A DNA stretch of 64,000 nucleotides from an uncultured Bacteroidales bacterium. GTDB taxonomy: Bacteria; Bacteroidota; Bacteroidia; Bacteroidales; Bacteroidaceae. Under the pieces are notes generated by a model that saw nothing but the letters and a program-made list of their open reading frames with translations, had not been told where the DNA came from and ran no database searches. The stretch lies in contig CADAJV010000005.1 of NCBI GenBank assembly GCA_902788275.1, forward strand, positions 40,609 to 104,608, in the 5' to 3' direction. The translations under genes and the position numbers were made by a program. Positions 44,920 through 54,368 of this stretch are shown in pieces. Position 1 is the first letter of the stretch, and every line of letters starts with the position of its first letter.

Positions 44920-47523
44920 ATGAACTTAGACAAATTTACAATCAAAGCAAGCGAGGCCCTGCAGAAGGCTGTGCGCAAGGCGCAGCAGATGGGCCAGCAG
45001 GCCGTGGAGCCTGAGCACCTCTACTGGGGCATCCAGGAGGAGGGCGACAATGTGCTGGGCTTTGTCTATGGCAAGCTCGGCGTTAACGGCGACGGCCTGC
45101 GTCGTGCCGTGGAGGCACAGATCAGCTCGCTGCCCAAGGTCAGCGGCGGCGAGCCTTACCTGAGCCGCGACACCCAGAAGGTGGTGGAGCAGGCTGAGAC
45201 TCTGGCCCAGAAGATGGGTGATGAGTTTGTGGGCATCGAGGTGCTGCTGCTGGCTATCATCGACACCGGCTGCACCATGAGCCGCCTGATGAAGGATGCC
45301 GGCATCACCCGCGACGGACTGTTGAAGGCCGTGCAGGAACTCCGTGGCGGCGAGAGCGTCAAGTCGGCCAGTGCCGAAGAGAACTACCAGTCGCTGGAGA
45401 AATACGCCCGCGACCTTGTGAAGGCTGCCCGTGAAGGTAAGCTCGACCCGGTCATCGGCCGCGATGAGGAGATAAGGCGTGTGCTCCAGATACTGAGCCG
45501 CCGCACCAAGAACAATCCTATCCTTCTTGGAGAGCCTGGCACCGGCAAGACTGCCATTGTGGAGGGCCTGGCCGAGCGTATCATGAAGGGTGATGTGCCC
45601 GAGAACCTTAAGAACAAGCGTCTGCTTTCGCTCGACATGGGTGCGCTGCTGGCCGGCGCCAAGTATAAGGGCGAGTTTGAGGAGAGGCTCAAGAGCGTAG
45701 TCAAGGAGGTGGAGCGCAGCAACGGTGAGATAATCCTCTTTATTGACGAGATTCACACCCTGGTAGGTGCCGGTGGTGGTCAGGGTGCCATGGATGCGGC
45801 CAACATACTGAAGCCGGCCCTCAGTCGAGGCGAACTGCGCAGCATCGGCGCCACTACCCTCGATGAGTATCAGAAATACTTTGAGAAGGACAAGGCCCTG
45901 GAGCGCCGATTCCAGATGGTGATGGTTGACGAGCCGTCGGCAGAGGACAGCATCTCCATCCTCCGCGGACTGAAGGAACGATACGAGAACCACCACAAGG
46001 TGAGGATACAGGACGATGCCGTCATAGCCGCCGTAACACTGAGTGAGCGCTATATCACCAACCGCTTCCTGCCCGACAAGGCCATCGACCTGATGGATGA
46101 GGCTGCCGCCATGCTGCGCATAGAGCGCGACTCGATGCCGCAGGAGCTGGACGAGGTAAAGCGTCGTCTGGGTCAGCTGGAGATTGAGCGCGAGGCCATC
46201 AAGCGCGAGAATGATGAGGCCAAGCTGCGTCAGCTCTCTGCCGAGATTAGCAACCTGCAGGAGCAGGCCAGCTCGATGCAGGCCAAGTGGCAGCATGAGA
46301 AGGACCTGGTGAATAAGATTCAGCAGAACAAGCAGCAGATAGAGACCTTGCGCTTTGAGGCCGACCGCGCTGAGCGCGAGGGTAACTACGCCCAGGTGGC
46401 TGAGATTCGCTACGGCAAGCTCAAGGCCCTGGAGGACGAGATACACAGCGTGCAGGCTGAGCTGGCTACGGCCCAGGGCGGCCAGGCCATGATCAAGGAG
46501 GAAGTGACCGCCGACGATATTGCCGAGGTGGTGAGCCGCTGGACCGGAGTGCCCGTGCAGCGCATGCTGCAGAGTGAGCGTGAAAAGCTGCTGCATATGG
46601 AGGAAGAACTGCACCGCCGCATTGTGGGACAGGACGAGGCCATCCAGGCAGTGAGCGATGCCGTAAGGCGCAGCCGTGCCGGAGTGCAGGACCCCAAGCG
46701 ACCGATTGGCTCCTTCATCTTCATGGGCACCACCGGCGTGGGTAAGACCGAGCTGGCCAAGGCACTGGCTGACTACCTCTTTAACGACGAGACAATGATG
46801 ACCCGTATCGATATGAGCGAGTATCAGGAGAAGTTCAGCGTGAGCCGACTGATTGGTGCGCCTCCGGGCTATGTGGGCTATGATGAGGGCGGTCAGCTGA
46901 CCGAGGCCGTAAGGCGCAAGCCCTATAGCGTGGTGCTCTTCGATGAGATAGAGAAAGCCCATCCCGATGTGTTTAACATCCTGTTGCAGGTGCTCGACGA
47001 CGGCCGTCTTACCGACAACAAGGGTCGCACCGTCAATTTCAAGAATACCATTATCATAATGACCAGCAACCTGGGCAGCCACTATATCCAGGAGCGCATG
47101 GCCGAGATGGAGGGTAAGAGCGACACCGAGCGAGCCAATATTATGGATCAGACGCGCCAGAAGGTGCTGGAGATGCTGAAGCAGCAGATAAGGCCTGAGT
47201 TTATCAATCGTATTGACGACATTATCCTATTCCAGCCGCTCACCCGTCAGCAGGCTGACGACATAGTGCGTCTGCAGGTGGCTGCTGTCAACAGGAATCT
47301 CAAGGAGAACGGCATAGAGCTCCGCGTCAGCGATGCTGCCGTCCATGCCCTTGGCGAGCTGGGCTTCGACCCCGAGTTTGGTGCCCGTCCTATCAAGAGG
47401 GCCATCCAGCGCTACCTGCTCAATGACCTGAGCAAGAGTCTGCTGGCTAACACTGAGCTGGATAAGACTAAGCCTATCCTTGCAGACTGGCAGGAAGGCA
47501 AGATAGTGTTTAGCAATGAGTAA
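44920..47523 (+). CDS. clpB: ATP-dependent chaperone ClpB
   Basis: Clp N domain, two AAA+ modules ([26 protein letters not shown]) and a middle coiled-coil domain. Confidence 0.97.
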   Translation: MNLDKFTIKASEALQKAVRKAQQMGQQAVEPEHLYWGIQEEGDNVLGFVYGKLGVNGDGLRRAVEAQISSLPKVSGGEPYLSRDTQKVVEQAETLAQKMGDEFVGIEVLLLAIIDTGCTMSRLMKDAGITRDGLLKAVQELRGGESVKSASAEENYQSLEKYARDLVKAAREGKLDPVIGRDEEIRRVLQILSRRTKNNPILLGEPGTGKTAIVEGLAERIMKGDVPENLKNKRLLSLDMGALLAGAKYKGEFEERLKSVVKEVERSNGEIILFIDEIHTLVGAGGGQGAMDAANILKPALSRGELRSIGATTLDEYQKYFEKDKALERRFQMVMVDEPSAEDSISILRGLKERYENHHKVRIQDDAVIAAVTLSERYITNRFLPDKAIDLMDEAAAMLRIERDSMPQELDEVKRRLGQLEIEREAIKRENDEAKLRQLSAEISNLQEQASSMQAKWQHEKDLVNKIQQNKQQIETLRFEADRAEREGNYAQVAEIRYGKLKALEDEIHSVQAELATAQGGQAMIKEEVTADDIAEVVSRWTGVPVQRMLQSEREKLLHMEEELHRRIVGQDEAIQAVSDAVRRSRAGVQDPKRPIGSFIFMGTTGVGKTELAKALADYLFNDETMMTRIDMSEYQEKFSVSRLIGAPPGYVGYDEGGQLTEAVRRKPYSVVLFDEIEKAHPDVFNILLQVLDDGRLTDNKGRTVNFKNTIIIMTSNLGSHYIQERMAEMEGKSDTERANIMDQTRQKVLEMLKQQIRPEFINRIDDIILFQPLTRQQADDIVRLQVAAVNRNLKENGIELRVSDAAVHALGELGFDPEFGARPIKRAIQRYLLNDLSKSLLANTELDKTKPILADWQEGKIVFSNE

Positions 47524-47548
47524 AACTTTTGAAAGACTATATTTGATT

Positions 47549-47595
47549 AGGGCCTTTCCGTGATAAAAAACGGAAGGGCCCTTTTCTTTTTTTTG
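47549..47595 (+). terminator. Intrinsic terminator after clpB
   Basis: AGGGCCTTTCCG-loop-CGGAAGGGCCCT followed by TTTTCTTTTTTTT. Confidence 0.85.
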
Positions 47596-47660
47596 TATGA
47601 GTTTGGATGACAAGGAACAGTTTTTTCAGTGAGAAAGTTGGTCGTTTCGTGAAAATGTGC

Positions 47661-47668
47661 TAATTTTG
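47661..47668 (+). promoter_or_regulatory. Candidate -7 box TAATTTTG for the L25-pth operon
   Basis: Exact TAnnTTTG 86 nt upstream of the ATG at 47754. Confidence 0.45.
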
Positions 47669-47753
47669 CACCCGCTTTTTAGGCTACATATACGTGTGAT
47701 GGCAGATTAAGCTAGAGAAAACCTTAATTTAGAGTAACACAAAACTTAAAGAA

Positions 47754-48356
47754 ATGAAGACTTTTGAACTCAAGGGCACAGCCCGTGTTGCCGGCGGCAA
47801 GAGAGCTGCCAAGATTCTTCGCGCCACTGGCGCAATCCCCTGCAACCTCTACGGAGTAGAGAAGGATGCTGACGGCAAGGCCGTAGCTAAGAGCTTCAGC
47901 GTAACCTTCGAGGCTGTACGCAAGCTCATCTACACTCCTGAGATTTACGTTGTCAACCTTGACATCGACGGCAAGGTATGCAAGGCCGTTATGAGGGAGC
48001 TGCAGTTCCACCCCGTTAAGGACAATGTGCTGCACATCGATTTCTACCAGATTACCGACGACAAGCCCATCGTGATGGCAGTGCCTGTTACCTTCAGCGG
48101 TCACGCTGTCGGTGTTCGCGAGGGTGGTGCTTTCCGCTCACTCATCCGCAACCTCAAGGTTAAGGCCACTTACGACAAGATTCCCGAGCGTCTGGATATC
48201 GACATCACCGAGCTGGGTATTGGCAAGTCTATCATCGTTGGCGACCTGGAGTTTGAAGGTCTCGAGATAGTTACCCCCAAGCAGGCATTGGTTTGCACCG
48301 TCAAGGCTACCCGCAACTCCAAGGCTGCTGAGGAGGAGGAGACTGCTGAGGCATAG
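47754..48356 (+). CDS. rplY: 50S ribosomal protein L25 / general stress protein Ctc
   Basis: Long Ctc form: LRATGAIPCNLYG, LQFHPVKDNVLHIDF, and an acidic C-terminal tail. Confidence 0.9.
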   Translation: MKTFELKGTARVAGGKRAAKILRATGAIPCNLYGVEKDADGKAVAKSFSVTFEAVRKLIYTPEIYVVNLDIDGKVCKAVMRELQFHPVKDNVLHIDFYQITDDKPIVMAVPVTFSGHAVGVREGGAFRSLIRNLKVKATYDKIPERLDIDITELGIGKSIIVGDLEFEGLEIVTPKQALVCTVKATRNSKAAEEEETAEA

Positions 48357-48456
48357 TAACCACTCCCTGTTGACAAGGATCAGGACTATGTTGAGCTTTC
48401 TGAAGAAGCTGTTTTCCTGTCCCTGCCATAAGGAGGAAACCTCTAATCCCCAAGAG

Positions 48457-49020
48457 ATGAACTATTTGGTTGTTGGGCTCGGCAATATCGGCAACGAGTA
48501 TGCGGGCACACGCCACAATATTGGATTTATGGTATTGGATGCCCTTGCCGGGGCATCCAATACTGCTTTTGAGGATAAGCGTTACGGTTTCGTGGCAGAG
48601 ATGAGGCTGAGGGGGCACAGGGTGACTCTCCTCAAGCCCTCCACATATATGAACCTCAGCGGCAATGCCGTGCGCTACTGGGTGAAGCAGAAGAAGATAG
48701 AGCCCGAACGCCTGCTGATAGTCAGCGACGACCTTGCCCTGCCTTTTGGTACACTGCGTATGAAGCCCTCCGGCAGTGAGGGCGGCCACAACGGGCTTAA
48801 GAGTATCACCCAGTGCCTGGGCTCCAATCATTATGCCCGCCTGCGCTTTGGCATCGGCAATGAGTTTGCCAGAGGCCATCAGGTAGATTTTGTGCTCAGC
48901 AAGTTTACCGATGAGGAGAATGCAGCCATGGCCGAGCGGCTGCAGCAGGCTGGCGAGGCCATAAAGGCCTTTGTGCTCAGCGGCGTACAGTTTGCCATGA
49001 ACAATTTCAATGGAAAGTAA
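48457..49020 (+). CDS. pth: Peptidyl-tRNA hydrolase
   Basis: MNYLVVGLGNIGNEYAGTRHNIGF start is typical of Pth. The upstream 29 codons of the tracked ORF are probably untranslated. Confidence 0.85.
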   Translation: MNYLVVGLGNIGNEYAGTRHNIGFMVLDALAGASNTAFEDKRYGFVAEMRLRGHRVTLLKPSTYMNLSGNAVRYWVKQKKIEPERLLIVSDDLALPFGTLRMKPSGSEGGHNGLKSITQCLGSNHYARLRFGIGNEFARGHQVDFVLSKFTDEENAAMAERLQQAGEAIKAFVLSGVQFAMNNFNGK

Positions 49021-49039
49021 AAGATAGGGGGCATTTACT

Positions 49040-49101
49040 CCTTCAATTTTTCAACTTTTCAACTTTTCAATTCTTTAACTTTTTAATTTTTTAATTCTTC
49101 A
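49040..49101. repeat. TTCAAYTT array between pth and the S4-domain gene
   Basis: ccttcaatttttcaacttttcaacttttcaattctttaactttttaattttttaattcttca. Confidence 0.9.
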
Positions 49102-49103
49102 CA

Positions 49104-49511
49104 GTGGAGGCAAGAATAGACAAATGGTTGTGGGCAGCGCGCATATTCAAGACGCGCACCATTGCTGCCGACGCCTGCAAGAACGGGCGTGTCACCAAGG
49201 ATGGTGCGCGCCTTAAGGCCTCCCATATGGTGAAGGAGGGCGATGTTATAGATGTGCGCAAGCCGCCCATCACCTACTCCTTCCGCATACTCAGGGCCAT
49301 TGAGAAAAGGGTAGGGGCGAAGGTGCTGCCTGAGATTCTGGAGAATGTGACAGCGCCCGAGCAGTATGAGCTGCTGGAGATGAGCCGCATGAGCGGATTT
49401 ATCGATAGGGCGCGGGGTACCGGCCGTCCTACCAAGAAAGATCGTCGTGCCCTTGACGATTTCAATACCCCAATATTTATTGACACAGACTTCGATTTTG
49501 ATGAAGATTAG
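49104..49511 (+). CDS. hslR: RNA-binding S4 domain protein (Hsp15-like)
   Basis: GTG start. RIDKWLWAARIFKTRTIAADACKNGRV S4 motif. Confidence 0.75.
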   Translation: MEARIDKWLWAARIFKTRTIAADACKNGRVTKDGARLKASHMVKEGDVIDVRKPPITYSFRILRAIEKRVGAKVLPEILENVTAPEQYELLEMSRMSGFIDRARGTGRPTKKDRRALDDFNTPIFIDTDFDFDED

Positions 49512-49541
49512 CCGGAGATTCTTGAAATTTCCGGCTTTTTT
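49511..49541 (+). terminator. Intrinsic terminator after the S4-domain gene
   Basis: GCCGGAGATT-loop-AATTTCCGGC followed by TTTTTT. Confidence 0.8.
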
Positions 49542-49543
49542 GT

Positions 49544-49551
49544 TACTTTTG
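49544..49551 (+). promoter_or_regulatory. Candidate -7 box TACTTTTG about 315 nt upstream of the ABC-ATPase gene
   Basis: Exact TAnnTTTG directly after the terminator. The whole repeat block 49570-49849 would then be leader RNA. Confidence 0.4.
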
Positions 49552-49569
49552 CAAACGGAATTGAAAATT

Positions 49570-49849
49570 GTTTACAGTTTATAGTTTACAGTTTACGGTT
49601 TGAAAAGTTCGAAAGAAGAAAGACTAACGGCTTAACTTCTTAACTACTTAACTTCTTAACTACTAAAACGTTTACGGTTTACCGGACTTGGCTTCTATAA
49701 CCAATAACCAATAACCAGTTGATAATTGAAAGTTGATAATTGAGAATTACTTTCCGGACTTGGCTTCTATAACCTATAACCAATAACCTATAACCTTTTT
49801 ATTTTGTCAAGGTATAATATCTATAACCTATAACCAATAACCTATAACC
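49570..49849. repeat. 280-bp concatenation of six array types with two CCGGACTTGGC half-sites
   Basis: GTTTACR (49570-49601), junction + TTAACTWC (49631-49669), CCGGACTTGGC (49682-49692, 49754-49764), ATAACCAA (49695-49716), GTTGATAAT (49718-49748), CTATAACC (49767-49795, 49821-49849). Confidence 0.9.
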
Positions 49850-49864
49850 TTTCATTCATCACCC

Positions 49865-50701
49865 ATGGTTGCCAATTACATAGAGCAAATAGAGATTGAT
49901 AGTCTCTGGAACGGGCGCCGCCACATATGCTGGCAGTTGAAACCCGATGTCAACATCCTTAGCGGAGTTAACGGCATGGGCAAGACCACCATCCTCAATC
50001 GCGTGGTCGGCGAGCTCAAGGCCATCAACAATGCCGTGCCCAGCACCTCGCTAAGGGAGCCGCGCACCTCAACGGTGCATATCACCCTTGCTCCGCACGA
50101 AGCTACCGAGGTGAGGTTTGACGTGGTACGCAGTTTCGACAACACCATGATACCCACTTCGCTGGCCGCCAAGATTACCGATGGCTTCATCCGCTCGGAG
50201 CTCGACTGGCATCTTTATGAGTTGCAGCGTCGCTATCTGGACTATCAGGTCAATGTCGGCAACCGCATGATAGAGATACTCACTGCCGGCGGCGCCAATG
50301 CCCAGCAGGAAGCAATGCAGGCTAGCAGCGCCAAGACGGAGTTCCACGATATAATCGACTCCCTCTTCAGCGAGACGCTCAAGACCATCGACCGCAGCAG
50401 CAACGAACTGGCCTTTGTGCAGTATGGTGAGCGCCTGTCGCCCTACCGACTCTCCTCGGGCGAGAAGCAGATGCTCATCATCCTGCTTACCGTGCTCCTG
50501 CAAAACCAGCAGCCCTACATCCTGCTGATGGACGAGCCCGAGGCCAGTCTCCACGTGGAATGGCAGCAGCGGCTGGTGAGCATCATACGCAAGATGAACC
50601 CCAAGGTGCAGATAATCCTAACCACCCACTCGCCGGCCCTCATCATGGACGGATGGCTCGACTCCGTGACCGAGGTAAGCGATATAGTCGTGGACCAGTA
50701 G
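49865..50701 (+). CDS. Compact ABC-type (SMC/AAA_21-like) ATPase
   Basis: Walker A GVNGMGKTT, signature LSSGEKQ, Walker B ILLMDEPEASLH, H-loop TTHSP. Only 278 aa. Confidence 0.8.
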   Translation: MVANYIEQIEIDSLWNGRRHICWQLKPDVNILSGVNGMGKTTILNRVVGELKAINNAVPSTSLREPRTSTVHITLAPHEATEVRFDVVRSFDNTMIPTSLAAKITDGFIRSELDWHLYELQRRYLDYQVNVGNRMIEILTAGGANAQQEAMQASSAKTEFHDIIDSLFSETLKTIDRSSNELAFVQYGERLSPYRLSSGEKQMLIILLTVLLQNQQPYILLMDEPEASLHVEWQQRLVSIIRKMNPKVQIILTTHSPALIMDGWLDSVTEVSDIVVDQ

Positions 50702-50702
50702 A

Positions 50703-50850
50703 AAAAAATTAAAAAATTAAAAAGTTAAAAAATTAAAAAATTGAAGAACCATGAAAAATTGAAAAATTAAAAAATTGAAGGACTGAAGAGTTGTATTTTC
50801 GTTTTTTCTACTTTTCCGTTTTTCCGTTTTTCCATTCTTAAAATTCTTTT
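50703..50850. repeat. AAAAATTR/GAAAAATT array followed by its imperfect inverse (TTTTCCGTTTTTCC)
   Basis: Fills the 162-bp gap between the ATPase and DUF4435 genes. Confidence 0.85.
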
Positions 50851-50863
50851 TTTAGAAAAAGAA

Positions 50864-51856
50864 ATGTCTTCTCGTCTCAACAAATACGTAACCAGCAATT
50901 ATGTCAGCGCAATGCAGCGGCTGCGTGGTCAGAGCAAGCGGCGCAAGGTGGTGGCCTATGTGGAGAGCTACGACGATATCTACTTCTGGCGCACCCTGCT
51001 GAGTGAACTGGAGACCAGTCAGATGTACTTTGAGGTGATGCTCCCCTCGCGCACCACACTGCAGAAAGGCAAGAAGACTGCCCTGCTGGAGGGCCTTGCC
51101 AAGGGGCTCGGTCGCGACATGATAGTCTGCGTGGATGCCGACTACGACTATCTGCTGCAGGGTTGCACCCGTTCGTCGCAGGAGGTGTGCAGCAATTCCT
51201 ACGTATTCCACACCTACACCTACGCCATAGAGAATTACCAGTGTTACGCCCCCTCGCTGCACAGCGTGTGCGTGATGGCCACCCTTAACGACGACCATTC
51301 ATTGATTGACTTTGAGGCCTTCATGGAGGAATACTCGCGCATAATCCATCCCCTCTTTGTATGGAATGTGTGGGCCTACCGCTACGGCCGGTTCAAGGAG
51401 TTTTCAATGGCCGACTTTGCCACCGTCGTCACCCCCGGCAGTATAGACATTTTCAACCCCTCCGCAGCCCTGGGCAGGCTGCAGCACAAGGTCAACGTGA
51501 CCATTTCGCGGCTGCAGCAGAAGTTTCCCGAAGGCAAGGAAACATACAAGCCGTTTATGGACCGGCTGGCCGCCCTGGGCCTCACCCCCGAGACCACCTA
51601 TCTCTATATGCGCGGCCACGACCTGGTGGACAAGGTGGTAGCCCCCCTGCTGGATAACGTGTGCAACATACTGCGCCGCCGCCGTCAGAGAGAGATAAAG
51701 AGCCTGGCCGTCCACTCCACCCAGCGCCAGAACGAGCTGGCGGGCTATCAGCACTCCAGTGCCGAGCCCCTTGAGATGCTGCGCAAGCATTCCGACTATC
51801 GCCGCTGTGCACTGTACAAGCAGGTGCAGCAGGACATCAGGGAAAGAGTGATATAG
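50864..51856 (+). CDS. DUF4435 (Toprim/OLD-like) domain protein
   Basis: VAYVESYDDIYFW (Toprim Glu) and IVCVDADYDYLL (DxD), plus YTYAIENY. The family assignment comes from motif memory and is not searched. Confidence 0.65.
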   Translation: MSSRLNKYVTSNYVSAMQRLRGQSKRRKVVAYVESYDDIYFWRTLLSELETSQMYFEVMLPSRTTLQKGKKTALLEGLAKGLGRDMIVCVDADYDYLLQGCTRSSQEVCSNSYVFHTYTYAIENYQCYAPSLHSVCVMATLNDDHSLIDFEAFMEEYSRIIHPLFVWNVWAYRYGRFKEFSMADFATVVTPGSIDIFNPSAALGRLQHKVNVTISRLQQKFPEGKETYKPFMDRLAALGLTPETTYLYMRGHDLVDKVVAPLLDNVCNILRRRRQREIKSLAVHSTQRQNELAGYQHSSAEPLEMLRKHSDYRRCALYKQVQQDIRERVI

Positions 51857-51869
51857 GTAGTGAAAATTT

Positions 51870-52104
51870 GTTTACGGTTTACAGATTAGTAGTTAAGAAG
51901 TTAAGAAGTTAAGAAGTTAAGAAGTTAAGCCGTTACTCTGGAAGTTAAGAAGTTAGGTAGTTAAGTAGTTAAGCCGTTACTCTTGACTATCTCCCTCTAT
52001 AACCTATAACCAATAACCTATAACCTTTCATCTGTCCTCTATCTCCCTTTATCTCCCTCTATCTCCTTTTAACTCCCTCTATAACCTTTCCTCTATCTCC
52101 CTCT
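51870..52104. repeat. Concatenated arrays: GTTTACR, 2 blocks GTTAAGAA + GCCGTTACTC junctions, CTATAACC module, TCTATCTCCY array
   Basis: Direct reading. Shares modules with 13668-13867 and 55555-55725. Confidence 0.9.
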
Positions 52105-52217
52105 TTTTTGTAATCTCTACTTTTCATTTAGCGGTATATCCGGGCCGTTTGAAAATAAACTGCGTCAGTTATGTACGCTTTTTTCCTTGTAAGCATTACG
52201 GATTAAGCAAAAATGCT

Positions 52218-52225
52218 TACATTTG
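52218..52225 (+). promoter_or_regulatory. Candidate -7 box TACATTTG
   Basis: Exact TAnnTTTG 49 nt before the ATG at 52274. It overlaps the tracked ORF start at 52223, favouring the downstream start. Confidence 0.5.
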
Positions 52226-52273
52226 CAGATGTATTACAAAAAGCAATCAATTTTAATAAAACTAACAAGCAGA

Positions 52274-53914
52274 ATGAAGATTAACACATTGTTTAGGAGC
52301 GTAGTGATTGCCGCTTTGGCAGGCGGCATGTTCGCCTCATGTAACAGCGAGAGCGGCTATGATGAGCCAGTAGTAAACCCCAACAGCGCCATCAAGCTGG
52401 CCAAGGCCCCCGACTTTATCCTCTACTCAGGCGGCAACGTGCTGGCCAATACCAGCGCCGTCAAGACCAACGGCATGCGCGGCGTGGCCATCATGGTAGG
52501 TAGCAACTATTATAAGGTACAGGACTATAATGCCGACAAGAGCAAGTGGTCAGACTGGGAGAAGACCTACCGCGCCGTGCTCTATCAGTATATCGACAAC
52601 GCCCCCGCCAAGACCGACCGCGGCGAGCAGGTGTCGCAAGCAGAGTATGAGTATGTGATGAACTACCTCAAGAACCACCCCAACGAGGGCGGCACAGTCT
52701 GCAACCTCACCACCTACTACATACAGAACGTCGGCTCCAGCAAGGACGCCTACACCGTGGCCTTCACCAACGGCAGCTCCGTACACCACACCGCCACCAT
52801 CATCGGCGGCAACCAGATGGACTATTTCCAGATTGACGGAGTTCATGTCAACGACTACAACGCCAGCAACGGCCCCCGCGCCCTGCTGGTTGACATACCC
52901 ATGGTCAACCCCAGCTACCATGAGTCATGGGGCACCATCGATCAGATCAAGACCAATGCCTACCGCTACTACTACATAGAATATAACGGCAAGACAGCCT
53001 GCTACCTCTGCTTCGACTATCAGGTCAAGAAGTGGGACAACGGCAACCTCGACTTCCAGGGCGACGGCGTTTACAGTGACTGGGTCATCAAGCTCACCCC
53101 CGCCGACGGCACCGATGCCGTTGATCCCGACAAGAAGCCCGTTGACCCCATCGTGGAGCCCACAGAGCCCGGCTTGGGCAACATAGAGGTCAACCTCTCC
53201 GTCAATGAGGAGAAGACCACCGACGACTACATCGCCACCAAACTCTCCATCCACGTGCGCGACACCAGCGACGTAGAGGTCTTCATACCCGTCAGCTCAG
53301 AGTATTACTGCGACAAGGACGACATGTATATCGTCAAGTCACACCAGTATGACCAGTACCTCTACAACGAGAACGCCACCAGCAGCATGACCTACAACAT
53401 CAACGGCACCGATATCACCCTGACCGTCAAGTATGAGGCCGGCGGCATCCGCGTGACCACCCAGGGCATCAATGCCGACGTGCTCAAATACCTGCGCGAG
53501 AACTACAACGACGGCCTCACCTTTGAGGTATGGAACTATTTCAACAGCACCATAACCCGTCCGCAGCTCAAGACCCTCCTCGACCAGTCCACCGTCACCT
53601 TCACCGCCAACCCCGGCACCTATGTCAACGCCTTCGCTAAGATAGCCGACTATGAGAAAGACGGCATCGACGTTTGGGAGAAGGCCGGCGACGACGGCGT
53701 ATGGCGCCCCTACACCGATGAGGCATGCACCCAGCTCCTCGATCAGAAATACTGGCGCATATCGCCCGAGCTGGAGGACGGCCAGGCCATCTACTATTAC
53801 TTCACCGGCGAGGTCAACCCCTGGGACTGCACCGTGACACCCCCTGCAGCCTATGGCAACAAGACCACCGACGAGCTGGCCATCCGAAACTACAACGTCT
53901 ATTACACGATGTAG
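52274..53914 (+). CDS. Hypothetical lipoprotein
   Basis: MKINTLFRSVVIAALAGGMFASC lipobox. No confidently recognised domain. Confidence 0.6.
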   Translation: MKINTLFRSVVIAALAGGMFASCNSESGYDEPVVNPNSAIKLAKAPDFILYSGGNVLANTSAVKTNGMRGVAIMVGSNYYKVQDYNADKSKWSDWEKTYRAVLYQYIDNAPAKTDRGEQVSQAEYEYVMNYLKNHPNEGGTVCNLTTYYIQNVGSSKDAYTVAFTNGSSVHHTATIIGGNQMDYFQIDGVHVNDYNASNGPRALLVDIPMVNPSYHESWGTIDQIKTNAYRYYYIEYNGKTACYLCFDYQVKKWDNGNLDFQGDGVYSDWVIKLTPADGTDAVDPDKKPVDPIVEPTEPGLGNIEVNLSVNEEKTTDDYIATKLSIHVRDTSDVEVFIPVSSEYYCDKDDMYIVKSHQYDQYLYNENATSSMTYNINGTDITLTVKYEAGGIRVTTQGINADVLKYLRENYNDGLTFEVWNYFNSTITRPQLKTLLDQSTVTFTANPGTYVNAFAKIADYEKDGIDVWEKAGDDGVWRPYTDEACTQLLDQKYWRISPELEDGQAIYYYFTGEVNPWDCTVTPPAAYGNKTTDELAIRNYNVYYTM

Positions 53915-53957
53915 CCGCTCCGCGCTAACCAGACAAGAAACAAACACTCTTTAGAAC

Positions 53958-54012
53958 ATTCGTGGTAATTTGTGTTGTACCCTTACAACATGAGTTTCCA
54001 CGAATTTTTTTT
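53958..54012 (+). terminator. Compound hairpin + T8 tract
   Basis: ATTCGTGG ... CCACGAAT encloses TGTTGTA-CCCT-TACAACA and is followed by TTTTTTTT. Confidence 0.65.
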
Positions 54013-54081
54013 CATGTCGCTGCGCGACTTATGTCCAATGGCCTGCTAATAGCGAAAGCGTGTTAATCGTAAAATATCTGC

Positions 54082-54158
54082 GAGCCCCCCTCACCCCCTA
54101 AAGGGGAGGCCCCTGGCGCCAGAGTTCTCTCCCCTTTAGGGGGAGTTAGAGGGGGCTC
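54082..54158. repeat. Triple-hairpin CTGGCGCCAG element, copy 2
   Basis: gagcccccctcaccccctaaaggggaggcccctggcgccagagttctctcccctttagggggagttagagggggctc. Confidence 0.8.
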
Positions 54159-54191
54159 CTTCAATTTTTCAACTTTTCCATTCTTCAATTA

Positions 54192-54313
54192 TTCTGAGAG
54201 CCTTGGCGGCAATTCTAAGAGCCTTGAAACCAAATCTAAGAGCCTTGAAAATGACAGCTCGAGGCTCTTAGATTTTTTTTCCACGGAGTTAGTTTATTTT
54301 TCCACGGAGTTAG
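54192..54313 (-). repeat. 'TCTAAGAGCC word' element, copy 2 (inverted relative to copy 1)
   Basis: Its reverse complement aligns along the whole length with 3372-3478. Confidence 0.85.
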
Positions 54314-54368
54314 ACCACAGCTAAAAGTGTGGTCTTTTTGTATGTTTTTTTGCAGGCTGCCTTTTTTC

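Noticed and set aside
44926-47082. 718-aa antisense ORF opposite clpB, and similar long antisense ORFs (4619-5731, 6395-7186, 10863-12005, 13852-14883, 31411-32232, 42836-43591, 53339-53947)
   Set aside because: These are shadow ORFs typical of GC-rich third-position coding regions. The opposite strand encodes unmistakable conserved proteins, and the antisense products are low-complexity (rich in L, G, A, V, H).
49801-49820. Sigma-70-type promoter TTGTCA...TATAAT within the repeat leader of the ATPase gene
   Set aside because: The spacing between the hexamers is only about 4 nt. Bacteroidota promoters use TTTG/TAnnTTTG, so this is probably a chance resemblance.
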